A DNA stretch of 64,000 bases. It comes from a virus. Made by a program: the position numbers and the translations under genes. Below the pieces are notes generated by a model. That model saw only the letters and a program-made list of their open reading frames with translations. It did no database searches and was not told the origin of the DNA. Of the stretch, positions 31,207-40,554 are shown in pieces (positions within the stretch are counted from its first letter, which is position 1; every line of letters starts with the position of its first letter). The DNA is taken from positions 118,740 through 182,739 of the IMG/VR virus record IMGVR_UViG_3300024054_000008. One strand, 5' to 3'.

Positions 31207-31683
31207 TCACCAATTAGTTTGTACCAATTCTCGTGCCCACCACAGGTTGTCTTTACGGTTCCAATTCCAATCACCATTTTCGGCAGATTTTCTCAGCCGT
31301 TCTAAAAATCGCTCAATCGAAAGACCGTAGCCATTTCTGTACGTTGCATAACTCCTAAATTTAATAACACCATTAGCAAACCAGACGTCGATTCGTTGCG
31401 CACGGGCTATTTTTTCATCGTCAACAAGGCCGTTTACAACCTCTTCAGCCTTTTGCTCATCGTCTAATCTAAGAGACAACTTGTTCTTAACCGATTCGGT
31501 AAATTGCTCCCAACAGTTTTGGATTTCTTCAGCTGTTGGTTCTAAGTTTGCATCAAATCTGGCGTAAAGATATTCACAGTTGGAGTCAGGGTGATCATCA
31601 GATTCAACGTGAAATTCAACCCGTAATTTGAATTTCTCACTCTTTGGTTCATAGTTCGATGTCACGCCAACTCCGTACGACAT
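31207..31683 (-). CDS. Hypothetical protein
   Basis: ORF in - strand run. Confidence 0.7.
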   Translation of the reverse strand: MSYGVGVTSNYEPKSEKFKLRVEFHVESDDHPDSNCEYLYARFDANLEPTAEEIQNCWEQFTESVKNKLSLRLDDEQKAEEVVNGLVDDEKIARAQRIDVWFANGVIKFRSYATYRNGYGLSIERFLERLRKSAENGDWNWNRKDNLWWARELVQTNW

Positions 31684-32044
31684 CCCAGTTCAGGCTTACC
31701 GTTTCGAGTGAATTTATGAAATCTTTTGCTTCTTGCTTTCCAAGATCTTTTACAAGTTCGCGCGTTGTCATGTGGTTGTGAATTTGAGCCTCTTCATCCC
31801 AAACCCATAGACCATAATCAACTTTTTCGACAACAACTTTCACGTCGGCGTCTGGACAGCGCCGATTCAACTCATTGGCAATCGCATCCTTAATCCAATC
31901 GCCGGACCGAGCGTCATTTGCTACGACGCTCAAGTCAGGAACAAGTGCAGTCGTGGTCGGACCCTGCTCCTTCACCACACGAAAGACAGCAGGACCGTTT
32001 GACTTGCCTGCAGACGGTACGACAAGCTTCCGGATCTTTTGCAT
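31649..32044 (-). CDS. Hypothetical protein (start uncertain)
   Basis: Overlaps 31935..32162 by 110 nt; real start may be downstream. Confidence 0.55.
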   Translation of the reverse strand: MQKIRKLVVPSAGKSNGPAVFRVVKEQGPTTTALVPDLSVVANDARSGDWIKDAIANELNRRCPDADVKVVVEKVDYGLWVWDEEAQIHNHMTTRELVKDLGKQEAKDFINSLETVSLNWDVVRSWRDIEL

Positions 32045-32162
32045 TTATACATCTGCCTGAACAGAACACGCAGGTTCTGTAACAGGCGTCTCGTTTCTTA
32101 TGATTTTCAGGCGGTCCAGCCAATGGGACCACAAACAAAAATACAAGAAACAAAAATCTCAT
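31935..32162 (-). CDS. Secreted Cys-rich peptide
   Basis: Hydrophobic signal MRFLFLVFLFVVPLA; about 12 Cys. Confidence 0.6.
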   Translation of the reverse strand: MRFLFLVFLFVVPLAGPPENHKKRDACYRTCVFCSGRCINAKDPEACRTVCRQVKRSCCLSCGEGAGSDHDCTCS

Positions 32163-32350
32163 TTTTCCGGATCAAGGATTGAAATAGCCCTTTGGACGGC
32201 CGAATACGCCCGAACCTCGACGTATTCTTGAGCATCCGTATCTGCGCTGTTTGAAAGCTTGTCGGCTTCGTGATGTTCCAAAGCTTTCTTGGAAAGACTC
32301 AAAGCTTCACGAATTTGAAATAGCTCTTGAGGAGTCAAAATGACTTGCAT
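32159..32350 (-). CDS. Small hypothetical protein
   Basis: GGAG SD; coupled. Confidence 0.6.
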   Translation of the reverse strand: MQVILTPQELFQIREALSLSKKALEHHEADKLSNSADTDAQEYVEVRAYSAVQRAISILDPEK

Positions 32351-32361
32351 GTTTCATTCTC

Positions 32362-32571
32362 CTAGAGATAATCCGAGACTGGCGTGACGTGGTGGTTTGG
32401 GTACATTTCTTGGTATTTCTTGACATCCTCTTCGGATGCCTCCCGTGCCATCACCTGGAACTCTGGTTTGGTGAACATCACGACCATGTCGTAGACTTCC
32501 TGAACCGATTCTGCGCCACTGAACATCGCAACGGAACCGTCTCTACCACCAACTTCTACGTAGACGAACAT
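32362..32571 (-). CDS. Small hypothetical protein
   Basis: GGAGGT SD; promoter 32591-32615. Confidence 0.7.
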   Translation of the reverse strand: MFVYVEVGGRDGSVAMFSGAESVQEVYDMVVMFTKPEFQVMAREASEEDVKKYQEMYPNHHVTPVSDYL

Positions 32572-32590
32572 GTGCGACCTCCACAACCTG

Positions 32591-32615
32591 TACGCCGAGC
32601 TCTGCCCGACTTGCG
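32591..32615 (-). promoter_or_regulatory. ECF-like promoter CGCAAG-N15-CGTA
   Basis: Motif match followed by GGAGGT. Confidence 0.7.
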
Positions 32616-32624
32616 GTTGTCAGA

Positions 32625-33101
32625 TCAAAGTTCAATCCGGGTGTTGAAGGTTTCCTCCAGCCAACTGTTATTGAGTTCTTGACTTGGTCGCACATAGGTG
32701 ACGTACGCGTCACTTTGTTCTGAAAGATCCCTCTTGCAAGAAGGGCATGGTCCTGGTTCGTAAATGCTATAAACACAGTTGAAATCATGACTGTGCCAGC
32801 CATTTCTGCCGCAATGTTTACAGTGATATCGCTTTGTTACGTCAACCTTCACACCCGGAGAAACAACCCTGTCATAATCAAACGATGACATGAATGAATC
32901 TGGGATTTTGAACTTTCCAGCACGTGTGATACTAGCCCATTCCAGCTGACGAGAACCGCATTTCGGAAATACGTCGAAATGACCCTTTGGTGTACACCGC
33001 TTTTGGTCGATATCCCGTGCGAACGGATGCCAGTCTGAAAGACCAACACTGTCTGGACAGTAGACAACTTCATCGTTTTTATCGATAATCATCGACATCA
33101 C
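32625..33101 (-). CDS. Cys-rich zinc-binding hypothetical protein
   Basis: PKCG, CKHCG, CPSC. Confidence 0.65.
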   Translation of the reverse strand: MMSMIIDKNDEVVYCPDSVGLSDWHPFARDIDQKRCTPKGHFDVFPKCGSRQLEWASITRAGKFKIPDSFMSSFDYDRVVSPGVKVDVTKRYHCKHCGRNGWHSHDFNCVYSIYEPGPCPSCKRDLSEQSDAYVTYVRPSQELNNSWLEETFNTRIEL

Positions 33102-33997
33102 TTGCCTGCCTTTCGCGGCAGAGCTTTCTTGGAGAGCTTAAGTTTTTCCAACGCTTGTTTGAACTCGGCTTGAACCTCTTCGCTGACCTTGAGTTCGTCC
33201 TTCTCGAAGATGCTGAGCAGCTCCATGGCTTCTTTGCAATCACCGAACTGAATCTTCTCGACGATTCGGCGGGTTGTCTCTTCGAGAGCCATTGCACGTT
33301 CTACGTGCGTGATCACACTTTTCAGAATCGCATCACTCAATCCGGGCAGGCCTTTGTAGAGGGCTGCATCGATGTCACGATTCAGCAAGACGCCTTCTTT
33401 GCCGATCTCGTTGAGTTGGTGCGCCAAGTCTGACCGCTTCTTTTCACGGTCTTTGACCATTTTTCGGAAATCGCCAATGGTCATCTTCTGATCGACCTCG
33501 GAAAGGGAAATCTTTCCGCTGAGTTCGTCGAGCTTCTCGACGAGAGACTGACCTTTAACCTTGAGCTTCTCTACCAATTCAATCTTATCGGCAATCTCCT
33601 TGTCGATGATACGGACCGCTTTGCTCAACTGAGGAAGCTCTGTCAAAACTTTTGCGGCACGTTCTTGTGCGATCTTCTGCAGATCGGCGGTTCCACGACC
33701 AAAGTTATGGCCGTGGCTTTCAATGTCAACAAACACATCACCGTATCGCCGAACCGAAAAACCATTGAATTGACGGTCCAACCTAGAGATGTGGAGGTTG
33801 CTGACGAACTTGCGACGGTGGGCCGTTTCAGCAATATAACGAGCCGTCATTTGCATGATGTATTGCGCAGCACGCGAGCGCTTTTCGAAAAGATCCGAAA
33901 AATCTTTGCGCTTCTCATGACTCCACGTTGTCATGTCGGCCTGATTGACTGTGCTGAGCAGATCTTTCTTGTCGAAATCCAACATATCGTCGGCCAT
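33098..33997 (-). CDS. Coiled-coil protein
   Basis: Long heptad-rich helices; GGAGGT SD; promoter 34016-34040. Confidence 0.8.
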   Translation of the reverse strand: MADDMLDFDKKDLLSTVNQADMTTWSHEKRKDFSDLFEKRSRAAQYIMQMTARYIAETAHRRKFVSNLHISRLDRQFNGFSVRRYGDVFVDIESHGHNFGRGTADLQKIAQERAAKVLTELPQLSKAVRIIDKEIADKIELVEKLKVKGQSLVEKLDELSGKISLSEVDQKMTIGDFRKMVKDREKKRSDLAHQLNEIGKEGVLLNRDIDAALYKGLPGLSDAILKSVITHVERAMALEETTRRIVEKIQFGDCKEAMELLSIFEKDELKVSEEVQAEFKQALEKLKLSKKALPRKAGK

Positions 33998-34015
33998 TAG
34001 TACCTCCACCGCTGG

Positions 34016-34040
34016 TACGCATCGCCAGGTGCTAGTTCCA
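34016..34040 (-). promoter_or_regulatory. ECF-like promoter TGGAAC-N15-CGTA
   Basis: Closest to the classical GGAAC -35 box. Confidence 0.7.
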
Positions 34041-34189
34041 GTCAGCGATAAATTTTGTCAACTTGAACTTCACGTACTTCAAAACTTACACCAGATTCGA
34101 GCTTTGGTGCCAGTAAACAAAGTATATCATTCACGGTTTTCTTCTTGTAAACCTCAGTTCTCCCATCAACCGTGACTAAAATTTGATTT

Positions 34190-34615
34190 TTACGATTCGT
34201 CCGCAAGCCCAACCTTCTTTCTGTAGTCTTTCCAGGCCTCGAAGCATTCTTCGGGTGTTAGATTAGCACGTACTTCAAACGCTGTTCCGCGTTTACTTGC
34301 AAACACCCTCCAATTTTCGCCCTCCCAAATCCAATTTCTGGCCGAACCAGTCCAAGTGAACTTTTGCCTTCCCAATCGTGATTTGTGGAATTTAACAGCA
34401 CCATCTTTGTTGGAGGCCATGTGCATCTGCATGGTTTGGTCTCTATATGTTTTGAATTCCGTATCAGATAACACTCGAACATCGATCAAATTGATCATTG
34501 GCGTACTTTCCCATTCGAATTGATTCATGATTTGATCAACTCCTCTGTCAGGTATTGATCTGTTTTCGACTCTGCATATTTTTTGGCTTTTTGAAGCAAT
34601 GCTGCCAATCCGCAA
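34190..34615 (-). CDS. Trp-rich hypothetical protein (start probably MNQFEW)
   Basis: ORF in - strand run. Confidence 0.6.
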   Translation of the reverse strand: MRIGSIASKSQKICRVENRSIPDRGVDQIMNQFEWESTPMINLIDVRVLSDTEFKTYRDQTMQMHMASNKDGAVKFHKSRLGRQKFTWTGSARNWIWEGENWRVFASKRGTAFEVRANLTPEECFEAWKDYRKKVGLADES

Positions 34616-34812
34616 CCTTCATCAAAAAAGTCTTTAACAGCTATTTGCTTAAAAGGGCTGAACACGTTTACACGAAGATAATTCGGCTTTCTAAAATGAC
34701 GTATATTTGCAGCTAAATACCGTGTATTTTTCAGATCGGAGCAGAAAGCATAACATTTTATGTCATCGTCGTATGTTTTTTGTTTATTAGACTTCCAAAT
34801 AAGTTGTTTCAT
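34525..34812 (-). CDS. Hypothetical protein, C-terminal tag (TEELIKS)
   Basis: Coupled start MKQLIWK; signature. Confidence 0.7.
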   Translation of the reverse strand: MKQLIWKSNKQKTYDDDIKCYAFCSDLKNTRYLAANIRHFRKPNYLRVNVFSPFKQIAVKDFFDEGCGLAALLQKAKKYAESKTDQYLTEELIKS

Positions 34813-35189
34813 GCTTCCAAAACCTGCTTTGCCTGCATCTGTGCAAGCCACTCTCGTCCACGATCTTCGGCCGCAGCAATCCGCTCCAAAATGCGAATCA
34901 GGACGTCTTTGGTCGTTCCAACTCGCAAAATACGAGGGAATTTACCAATCCCAACGATTCGCCCGTCTGCGCGTTCGTAAACGGTGCAGACCTTGATGGC
35001 GTCCTGGCCACATTTCCGAACTGATGGGTTACCGACTGCAATACTTGTATACACTTTCACAATCACGCGGTTACAGTGTGCCTGTGGCTTCTCGTACACC
35101 ACTTCGTTTCCGTAGATTGTGCGCTGGAAACCTTTGAGTTGGAGCAGACGCTCGATGTCTTCAGAAGAAACCTGGACGTAAAGAGCCAT
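34809..35189 (-). CDS. Hypothetical protein, C-terminal tag (AKQVLEA)
   Basis: AAGGAG SD; VKVYTSI..VRKCGQDAIKV; signature. Confidence 0.75.
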   Translation of the reverse strand: MALYVQVSSEDIERLLQLKGFQRTIYGNEVVYEKPQAHCNRVIVKVYTSIAVGNPSVRKCGQDAIKVCTVYERADGRIVGIGKFPRILRVGTTKDVLIRILERIAAAEDRGREWLAQMQAKQVLEA

Positions 35190-35210
35190 ATTCTTCTCCT
35201 TACCGGCCAA

Positions 35211-35280
35211 TACGGCGAGCGGCAGCCGATTTCGCTTAATTAATGTACGCGCAAACGAAAACGACGGATATTCGTGTGTA
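35211..35280. promoter_or_regulatory. Divergent ECF-like promoter pair (- copy with 14-nt spacer; + CGAAAA-N15-TGTA 35256-35280)
   Basis: Motif matches around ttaattaat. Confidence 0.55.
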
Positions 35281-35489
35281 TCTTGTTAGTGTCTAAACGT
35301 ACAAACGACCAACCCAAGTGTTGCGTCTGTCGCGGATTGGCTGAATTTGTACAGACTAACGAATTTATTAATCATAACCTGTACAAATACTTGTGTAAAT
35401 CTTGCGTGCTAAATTCCGAAATTGTGTACTATATTACAATATTGATGAATATTATACCAAATGCTTACTTGACAGTTAATACGACATAA
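35274..35489 (+). CDS. Small Cys-containing hypothetical protein
   Basis: CCVC, CKSC; start uncertain. Confidence 0.4.
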   Translation: MCILLVSKRTNDQPKCCVCRGLAEFVQTNEFINHNLYKYLCKSCVLNSEIVYYITILMNIIPNAYLTVNTT

Positions 35490-35582
35490 ATTTAACTTGT
35501 ATGGTTAGCATATTTGGCAGATATAATATGTCTCCAAAATCTGTTGGTTGTAAATTCCAACGTTATCACAGTAGGTAATTAG

Positions 35583-35882
35583 ATGACTGAATACGAAAAG
35601 CAAGAAGAGTATCAGGACAACGAATACGACGAGGGTGATTCGGACAACGGAAACAGGCGCCAGCCACGCGTACCGATGCGTGGAGGTGAGACAATGACCG
35701 ATCCGCAAATCATCACAACGGCAACTCTCAAAACCAACAAGGCCGGAGGCGAACTTTTGACGTTCACCATTCGCCTCGGGTTTTTCCAGCTCGTCTGCAT
35801 CGCCAACATCCCGGAGGAGGGACAAGACGAGGCCCCGGTCTACGTCAAGTTCAAGGTCTCGACTCCACGAGAACGAACCTGA
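35583..35882 (+). CDS. Paralog of 18579..18776 (core from 35697)
   Basis: MTDPQIITTATLKTNKAGGELLTFTIRLGFFQLVCIANIP. Confidence 0.8.
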   Translation: MTEYEKQEEYQDNEYDEGDSDNGNRRQPRVPMRGGETMTDPQIITTATLKTNKAGGELLTFTIRLGFFQLVCIANIPEEGQDEAPVYVKFKVSTPRERT

Positions 35883-35890
35883 GAAACCTA

Positions 35891-35928
35891 CTGTGGGGAC
35901 TCCAGGATCAACCCTGGAGTCCCCACAG
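35891..35928 (+). terminator. 16-bp hairpin
   Basis: ctgtggggactccagg/cctggagtccccacag. Confidence 0.75.
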
Positions 35929-35939
35929 GAGTATTTGGA

Positions 35940-36266
35940 ATGGCAAAGCCTTTAAAGCCAATTTCTCAAATTGAACCTAAAATTGACACTTTTGTAAAAT
36001 TGGCTGAATCGTCTAAAAAGACTCTTGCTTTCAGTTCGTTTAGATTTAATGGGAAAATATTCAAGATTTACTATTATAAATTTGCAAAGAACCTGTCAAT
36101 TCACACGGAAAAAATCGCATATTCAAAAAATGCGTGGACTTGGACCAAAAAACAAGAATTCAAAGATGTCGAAGTTACGAGTTTAAAATTTATGATTATG
36201 AATCATGTTTACGAAATATTTAAGAATGAATACGAACAAGATACAAAGGAGATCATAGATGCTTGA
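35940..36266 (+). CDS. Hypothetical protein, C-terminal tag (TKEIIDA)
   Basis: ORF with signature. Confidence 0.65.
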   Translation: MAKPLKPISQIEPKIDTFVKLAESSKKTLAFSSFRFNGKIFKIYYYKFAKNLSIHTEKIAYSKNAWTWTKKQEFKDVEVTSLKFMIMNHVYEIFKNEYEQDTKEIIDA

Positions 36267-36807
36267 CTGCATTATCACAGTCAAAGGCAACGGAGTTGGT
36301 AAATACGGTCGTTCAAAGAAAGACAGAACCGGCTATGTCTCTGAATTTTGTGTTGATAACACATTTTTTTATAGAGCAATTTTCAAACATTTGAAGGAAT
36401 GTAATAAATGCGACCCGAATGATGTTCTAAAAACACTCTTGTTTCGTCGCAAAGACGGGCTTGTAACCGGGAGCCTGGCGGAACTTGCAGTAAAATACAA
36501 AAGAAATTTCCAATCAACTGATTGGCTCCTTGTCGAAGAGTACATCTGTAGATGTATAGATAGCCGTGTCATCCTCAAATATTTGAATAACTTCGAATAT
36601 GAACAAATCCCGAACTTTTATCGTAAATTCCATTCTTTCGGCCCTCAAAGATTTTCGGGGCTTAAAATGGATCGATTGGATATAGAATCTGAACAGGTAT
36701 TTGTATTCATAAAGCTTTATATTCAATATTGTACAGTCACGACTTTACCAGAAAGCAATGATGAACTAATGGAATTGATTAAAACTTCTGAAGTTCTCGA
36801 AAGCTGA
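36259..36807 (+). CDS. Hypothetical protein, C-terminal tag (TSEVLES)
   Basis: ORF with signature. Confidence 0.7.
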   Translation: MLDCIITVKGNGVGKYGRSKKDRTGYVSEFCVDNTFFYRAIFKHLKECNKCDPNDVLKTLLFRRKDGLVTGSLAELAVKYKRNFQSTDWLLVEEYICRCIDSRVILKYLNNFEYEQIPNFYRKFHSFGPQRFSGLKMDRLDIESEQVFVFIKLYIQYCTVTTLPESNDELMELIKTSEVLES

Positions 36808-36816
36808 CCTAGCCGG

Positions 36817-36841
36817 TGTAAGCTGGGACAGCGCTAGCGTA
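36817..36841 (+). promoter_or_regulatory. ECF-like promoter TGTAAG-N15-CGTA
   Basis: Motif match followed by GGAGGT. Confidence 0.65.
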
Positions 36842-36859
36842 CCGCGCACGGAGGTCCGC

Positions 36860-37891
36860 ATGCCTTTGACCATCGGTGAAACGAAACTTGTTCAAGGCTC
36901 GGCACGAGAGCCCTACAAAGTCAAAAACTGTGACGGCACGATCTTTTCCTGCACCTGTCCGGGGTGGAGGAATTCCCCAGGGTCAGTCGACCAGAAAACG
37001 TGCAAACACACGAAGCCAGAAAAACTGGCTTACATGACAGCAATTGGTGCGCCAATTCCGGCGGTCACAGCGGTTCCGGTTGCAAAGCCTGCAACGAAGA
37101 AATCAGTTTCCAAAGCCTCAATTGAGTCGTCAGAAGCACCTGTTCTTTTGGCACAGGCCTGGGAATCAAACATCGACCCAGATGGCTGGTGGATGTCCAT
37201 CAAAATGGACGGAATAAGGGCATTTTTCAATGGAAAAGATTTCATCTCCAGACTTGGCAACAAATTTGAGGTTCCTGATTGGTTTAAATCTGGTTTACCA
37301 GATGTCCCACTTGATGGTGAATTATGGATTGGTAGAAAATCTTTCCAAGAAACTGTCAGCATTGTAAAGCGAAAAGACCAATCAGGTGATTGGTCCAAGA
37401 TAAAATTTATGGTTTTTGATGCACCAACATTAAACAAACCGTTCGAACAGAGATTGCAAGATCTTCAAAATCTGATCTCAAATGCAAATTATGCTCAGTA
37501 TGTTGAGCACACCAAATGCACTGGTCGTGACCATCTGCAGCAAGAATTGCAGAAAGTAACGCTTCTTGGTGATGAAGGATTAATGTTAAGGAAACCAAAT
37601 TCTATGTACGAAGTTGGTAGAAGTTCAACTCTTTTAAAAGTTAAAATTTTTCACGACGAAGAAGCACTTGTTATTGGTCATTCGCCAGGCAAAGGAAAAC
37701 ACAAAGGAAAATTGGGCGCACTGATTTGTTCTTTAAATGATATTCAATTCAATGTTGGATCTGGGTTTACTGATGAACAAAGATTAAATCCACCACCGAT
37801 CGGTTCAAAGATCGTATTTGCATATCAAGAAAAAACCAAAGACAATGTTCCACGTTTCCCGGTGTTTCTTAGAACGTTTATTGAAATGTAA
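36860..37891 (+). CDS. ATP-dependent DNA ligase with N-terminal SWIM-type zinc finger
   Basis: Motif I KMDGIRA; LDGELW; FMVFD; EGLMLR; LLKVK; RFPVF; N-terminal CTCPGW...CKH. Confidence 0.93.
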   Translation: MPLTIGETKLVQGSAREPYKVKNCDGTIFSCTCPGWRNSPGSVDQKTCKHTKPEKLAYMTAIGAPIPAVTAVPVAKPATKKSVSKASIESSEAPVLLAQAWESNIDPDGWWMSIKMDGIRAFFNGKDFISRLGNKFEVPDWFKSGLPDVPLDGELWIGRKSFQETVSIVKRKDQSGDWSKIKFMVFDAPTLNKPFEQRLQDLQNLISNANYAQYVEHTKCTGRDHLQQELQKVTLLGDEGLMLRKPNSMYEVGRSSTLLKVKIFHDEEALVIGHSPGKGKHKGKLGALICSLNDIQFNVGSGFTDEQRLNPPPIGSKIVFAYQEKTKDNVPRFPVFLRTFIEM

Positions 37892-37898
37892 AGGTGGA

Positions 37899-38762
37899 AT
37901 GGACATAGTGAAGAATGTTATATATGGGTCTTTATTAGGCGATGCATCGATATCAAAAGACAAAACAACGTTTAAATTCAAAGTTGCCCACTCCGAAAAA
38001 CAACTTGAATACGTGAAATGGAAAGCAAAAATTTTGGGGACAAAGAAACTTTTCAATAGGAAAAGTGGCTATGGGTCAAACATATTTGGGATAAATTATT
38101 ATAATTTAGAACTTCTTGATGAAGTTTATAATAACTGTATTAAAAACAACAGAAAGACAGTCACAAACGAATGGCTAATGAATTTGGACGAATTGGCTTT
38201 AGCAATTTGGTATCAAGATGATGGTTCTTGGAGTAAATGCGGAAACTTAAGAAATGGTGAAAATCAGCAACGACGTTCTTCTTTTTCAGTTTGTGGCTTT
38301 GATGAAAACTCAGTAACATTGTTATCAAATTGGCTTAAATCAAAATTTGGCTTAAAATCAAGACTAGTTTTAAGAAAATCTAAATACTGGATGTTGGAAT
38401 TGTATCATACTTCTACAATTAAATTATGGAAAATAGTTGCTCCATATTTAGTTATAAAGACTAAAATTGATCTTAAGGGATTAAAGATAAAATCTGGCAG
38501 AAAATCTTGGGTAAACATCCAAGAAATTGGTGAAATCGCAAGATTTCTAGAGAAAAATTTTAAACATCCAATCAAAAAAAGGGTGTTGAGACCAAATAAA
38601 CATAGTAAAGCCTGCAGATTTCTAGAACTAAACGGTAAGGTGCATTCAATTAAAGAATGGGCGCAAATAACTGGATTAAAAAGACACGTAATAACAAAGC
38701 GGTTAAAACAAAGACTTCCAATGGAAGTCGTATTAGCTAAAAATGTAATCGACTACGAATGA
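37899..38762 (+). CDS. Free-standing LAGLIDADG homing endonuclease with C-terminal DNA-binding domain
   Basis: GSLLGDAS and LAIWYQDDGS; C-terminal LELNGKVHSIKEWA. Confidence 0.88.
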   Translation: MDIVKNVIYGSLLGDASISKDKTTFKFKVAHSEKQLEYVKWKAKILGTKKLFNRKSGYGSNIFGINYYNLELLDEVYNNCIKNNRKTVTNEWLMNLDELALAIWYQDDGSWSKCGNLRNGENQQRRSSFSVCGFDENSVTLLSNWLKSKFGLKSRLVLRKSKYWMLELYHTSTIKLWKIVAPYLVIKTKIDLKGLKIKSGRKSWVNIQEIGEIARFLEKNFKHPIKKRVLRPNKHSKACRFLELNGKVHSIKEWAQITGLKRHVITKRLKQRLPMEVVLAKNVIDYE

Positions 38763-39154
38763 GTTATCACGACATTCTCAAGCAAGTTGATGAGTTGTCA
38801 AGGTACAACCAAGAAGCATTGTTATCTTATCTCAGAAAGAAGTTTGAAAATATCAGAAGAGATGAAAAATTTCAAAGAAGGGTTGCGAAAAACAACTTGG
38901 CAAAAGACGGCAAGTTGCGTCTACATGCCATTTGTAAATTGGCTGGGATAGAAGTGAACGACCGGTGTACCCGTCCAGCAGGATATTATGGTTGGGCGAG
39001 TTTTTCCCCAATGTCAATAAACATTAGAATCACTATTGACGGCAAACGTTGCAAGATGGTCAGATTAGAACTTAAAAAAGACGATTCAGTTCTAGCCGAC
39101 AAATTCAAAAAAATTGCTGACGAACTTACTGCTGAAGCGGTGGTTGAGTCATGA
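38759..39154 (+). CDS. Hypothetical protein, C-terminal tag (AEAVVES)
   Basis: ATGA-coupled; signature. Confidence 0.7.
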   Translation: MSYHDILKQVDELSRYNQEALLSYLRKKFENIRRDEKFQRRVAKNNLAKDGKLRLHAICKLAGIEVNDRCTRPAGYYGWASFSPMSINIRITIDGKRCKMVRLELKKDDSVLADKFKKIADELTAEAVVES

Positions 39155-39450
39155 CCAATGAGGAAGCAAAACAGATTATTGTTGAAACTGTTACAAGCCT
39201 TCAAGGTTGTAAAGCTACTGAGCTTGTATCAGACAAGCGGATGGTCGAAGTAGCAACGTTAATCAACACTTTAGAACTATCTGCGTTAATCGATCAACTT
39301 GTTGAAGAAGGAAAATTGGTTGAAATCGAATATGAACTCAATCAACTTCATTACAGGACTAAAAGTTTTCTACTACCGGGCGATGTGAAAATTATTGGTA
39401 GTAAGAAATTCATACGTGAACTCACGACTGAAGATTTGGTTGAGTCATGA
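39151..39450 (+). CDS. Possible winged-helix protein, C-terminal tag (TEDLVES)
   Basis: LIDQLVEEGKLVEI; signature. Confidence 0.7.
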   Translation: MTNEEAKQIIVETVTSLQGCKATELVSDKRMVEVATLINTLELSALIDQLVEEGKLVEIEYELNQLHYRTKSFLLPGDVKIIGSKKFIRELTTEDLVES

Positions 39451-39833
39451 GAATTTACGGTGAAAAAGTTTACGAGGGAACCGTAGTCTTTTCTAGAGAG
39501 AACAAAACGTACGAAGGCGTAATTAGGCCGATAAACGTTCCGCAAGAACGCTATGTTACTGTGAATGGCCTTGAGTTAAATCCAAGGCATGATTTGAGGA
39601 ATCATTCCCCAGATGGATTCAATTGGGGCTACAGTGGTTCTGGGCCAACACAACTGGCCCTAGCAATTTTAGCCGACCATTTGAACAACGATGAAGAGGT
39701 ATTGAGTTTATATACAAAGTTCAGAGATATATTTGTTTCAAAGCTTGAAATGACGAAAGGTTGGACTGTTACGTCAAGCCAAATCCAACAGATTGTTGAT
39801 TTGCTATCTACTGCAGATGTTGTAAATTCATAA
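39447..39833 (+). CDS. DUF6166-like protein, C-terminal tag (TADVVNS)
   Basis: RNHSPDGFNWGYSGSGPTQLALAILADH. Confidence 0.8.
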   Translation: MRIYGEKVYEGTVVFSRENKTYEGVIRPINVPQERYVTVNGLELNPRHDLRNHSPDGFNWGYSGSGPTQLALAILADHLNNDEEVLSLYTKFRDIFVSKLEMTKGWTVTSSQIQQIVDLLSTADVVNS

Positions 39834-39845
39834 GTATGGTCTGTC

Positions 39846-40235
39846 ATGGACGTCGGAGATATTGCCAACAAATTTGAGGATTTGGTAGTTTCTGAACAGA
39901 TCCAGTGGCTGCCGCCGGATGTTAGTTCGCTCGATGTCTTTTCAAGATTAGTTATTGAAACGTTCCTTGACACGCATAAATTGGCTTGGAGACTTGGTAA
40001 CAAGAAAATTGGCCAGGCAATTGTTTTAAAGGTTGAAGATAATTACCTTCAATACCTTGATGTCTTTCCAGAACAAATGAAGTTCATGTGGTGTACCAAT
40101 ATGCATCGGACAGGCGTCCATCCAGATGCTGCTATGAAATATTTGATTGAACGTGAATTTCCTGGAATGAAAATAGATGTACTTTCGGATGGGTCCGTAA
40201 AGATCAATGACAGACTGAGGCTTAAAGTAAAATGA
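39846..40235 (+). CDS. Hypothetical protein
   Basis: ORF in + run. Confidence 0.65.
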   Translation: MDVGDIANKFEDLVVSEQIQWLPPDVSSLDVFSRLVIETFLDTHKLAWRLGNKKIGQAIVLKVEDNYLQYLDVFPEQMKFMWCTNMHRTGVHPDAAMKYLIEREFPGMKIDVLSDGSVKINDRLRLKVK

Positions 40236-40531
40236 CAACGCAGGTTTCAGAAATCGAAGTTAACGCCATGCTGGCCATGCGCATATTTACAAATGCTTGG
40301 ACACGTATGGAGTCTGAGGAAGACAAAGTTTCAGTCTTGATGGATGCGGCTAAAGAGCTTGAAACCATTCTACCGTTCAATGAATCAAACGAGGACGAAC
40401 GTCAGGCGACTGAAATTATTCACCGGTTTATGGGCAAAGGCAAATCTAATCCGGAAATAACATTAAACAACCTACAGCATTTTGTTCATTCAATTTATTC
40501 TTCGCATTTGATGAAATTATCCACCAATTAA
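40232..40531 (+). CDS. Helical hypothetical protein
   Basis: Coupled ORF. Confidence 0.65.
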   Translation: MTTQVSEIEVNAMLAMRIFTNAWTRMESEEDKVSVLMDAAKELETILPFNESNEDERQATEIIHRFMGKGKSNPEITLNNLQHFVHSIYSSHLMKLSTN

Positions 40532-40554
40532 ACTTCTTTTAGACAAGCCCTGGT

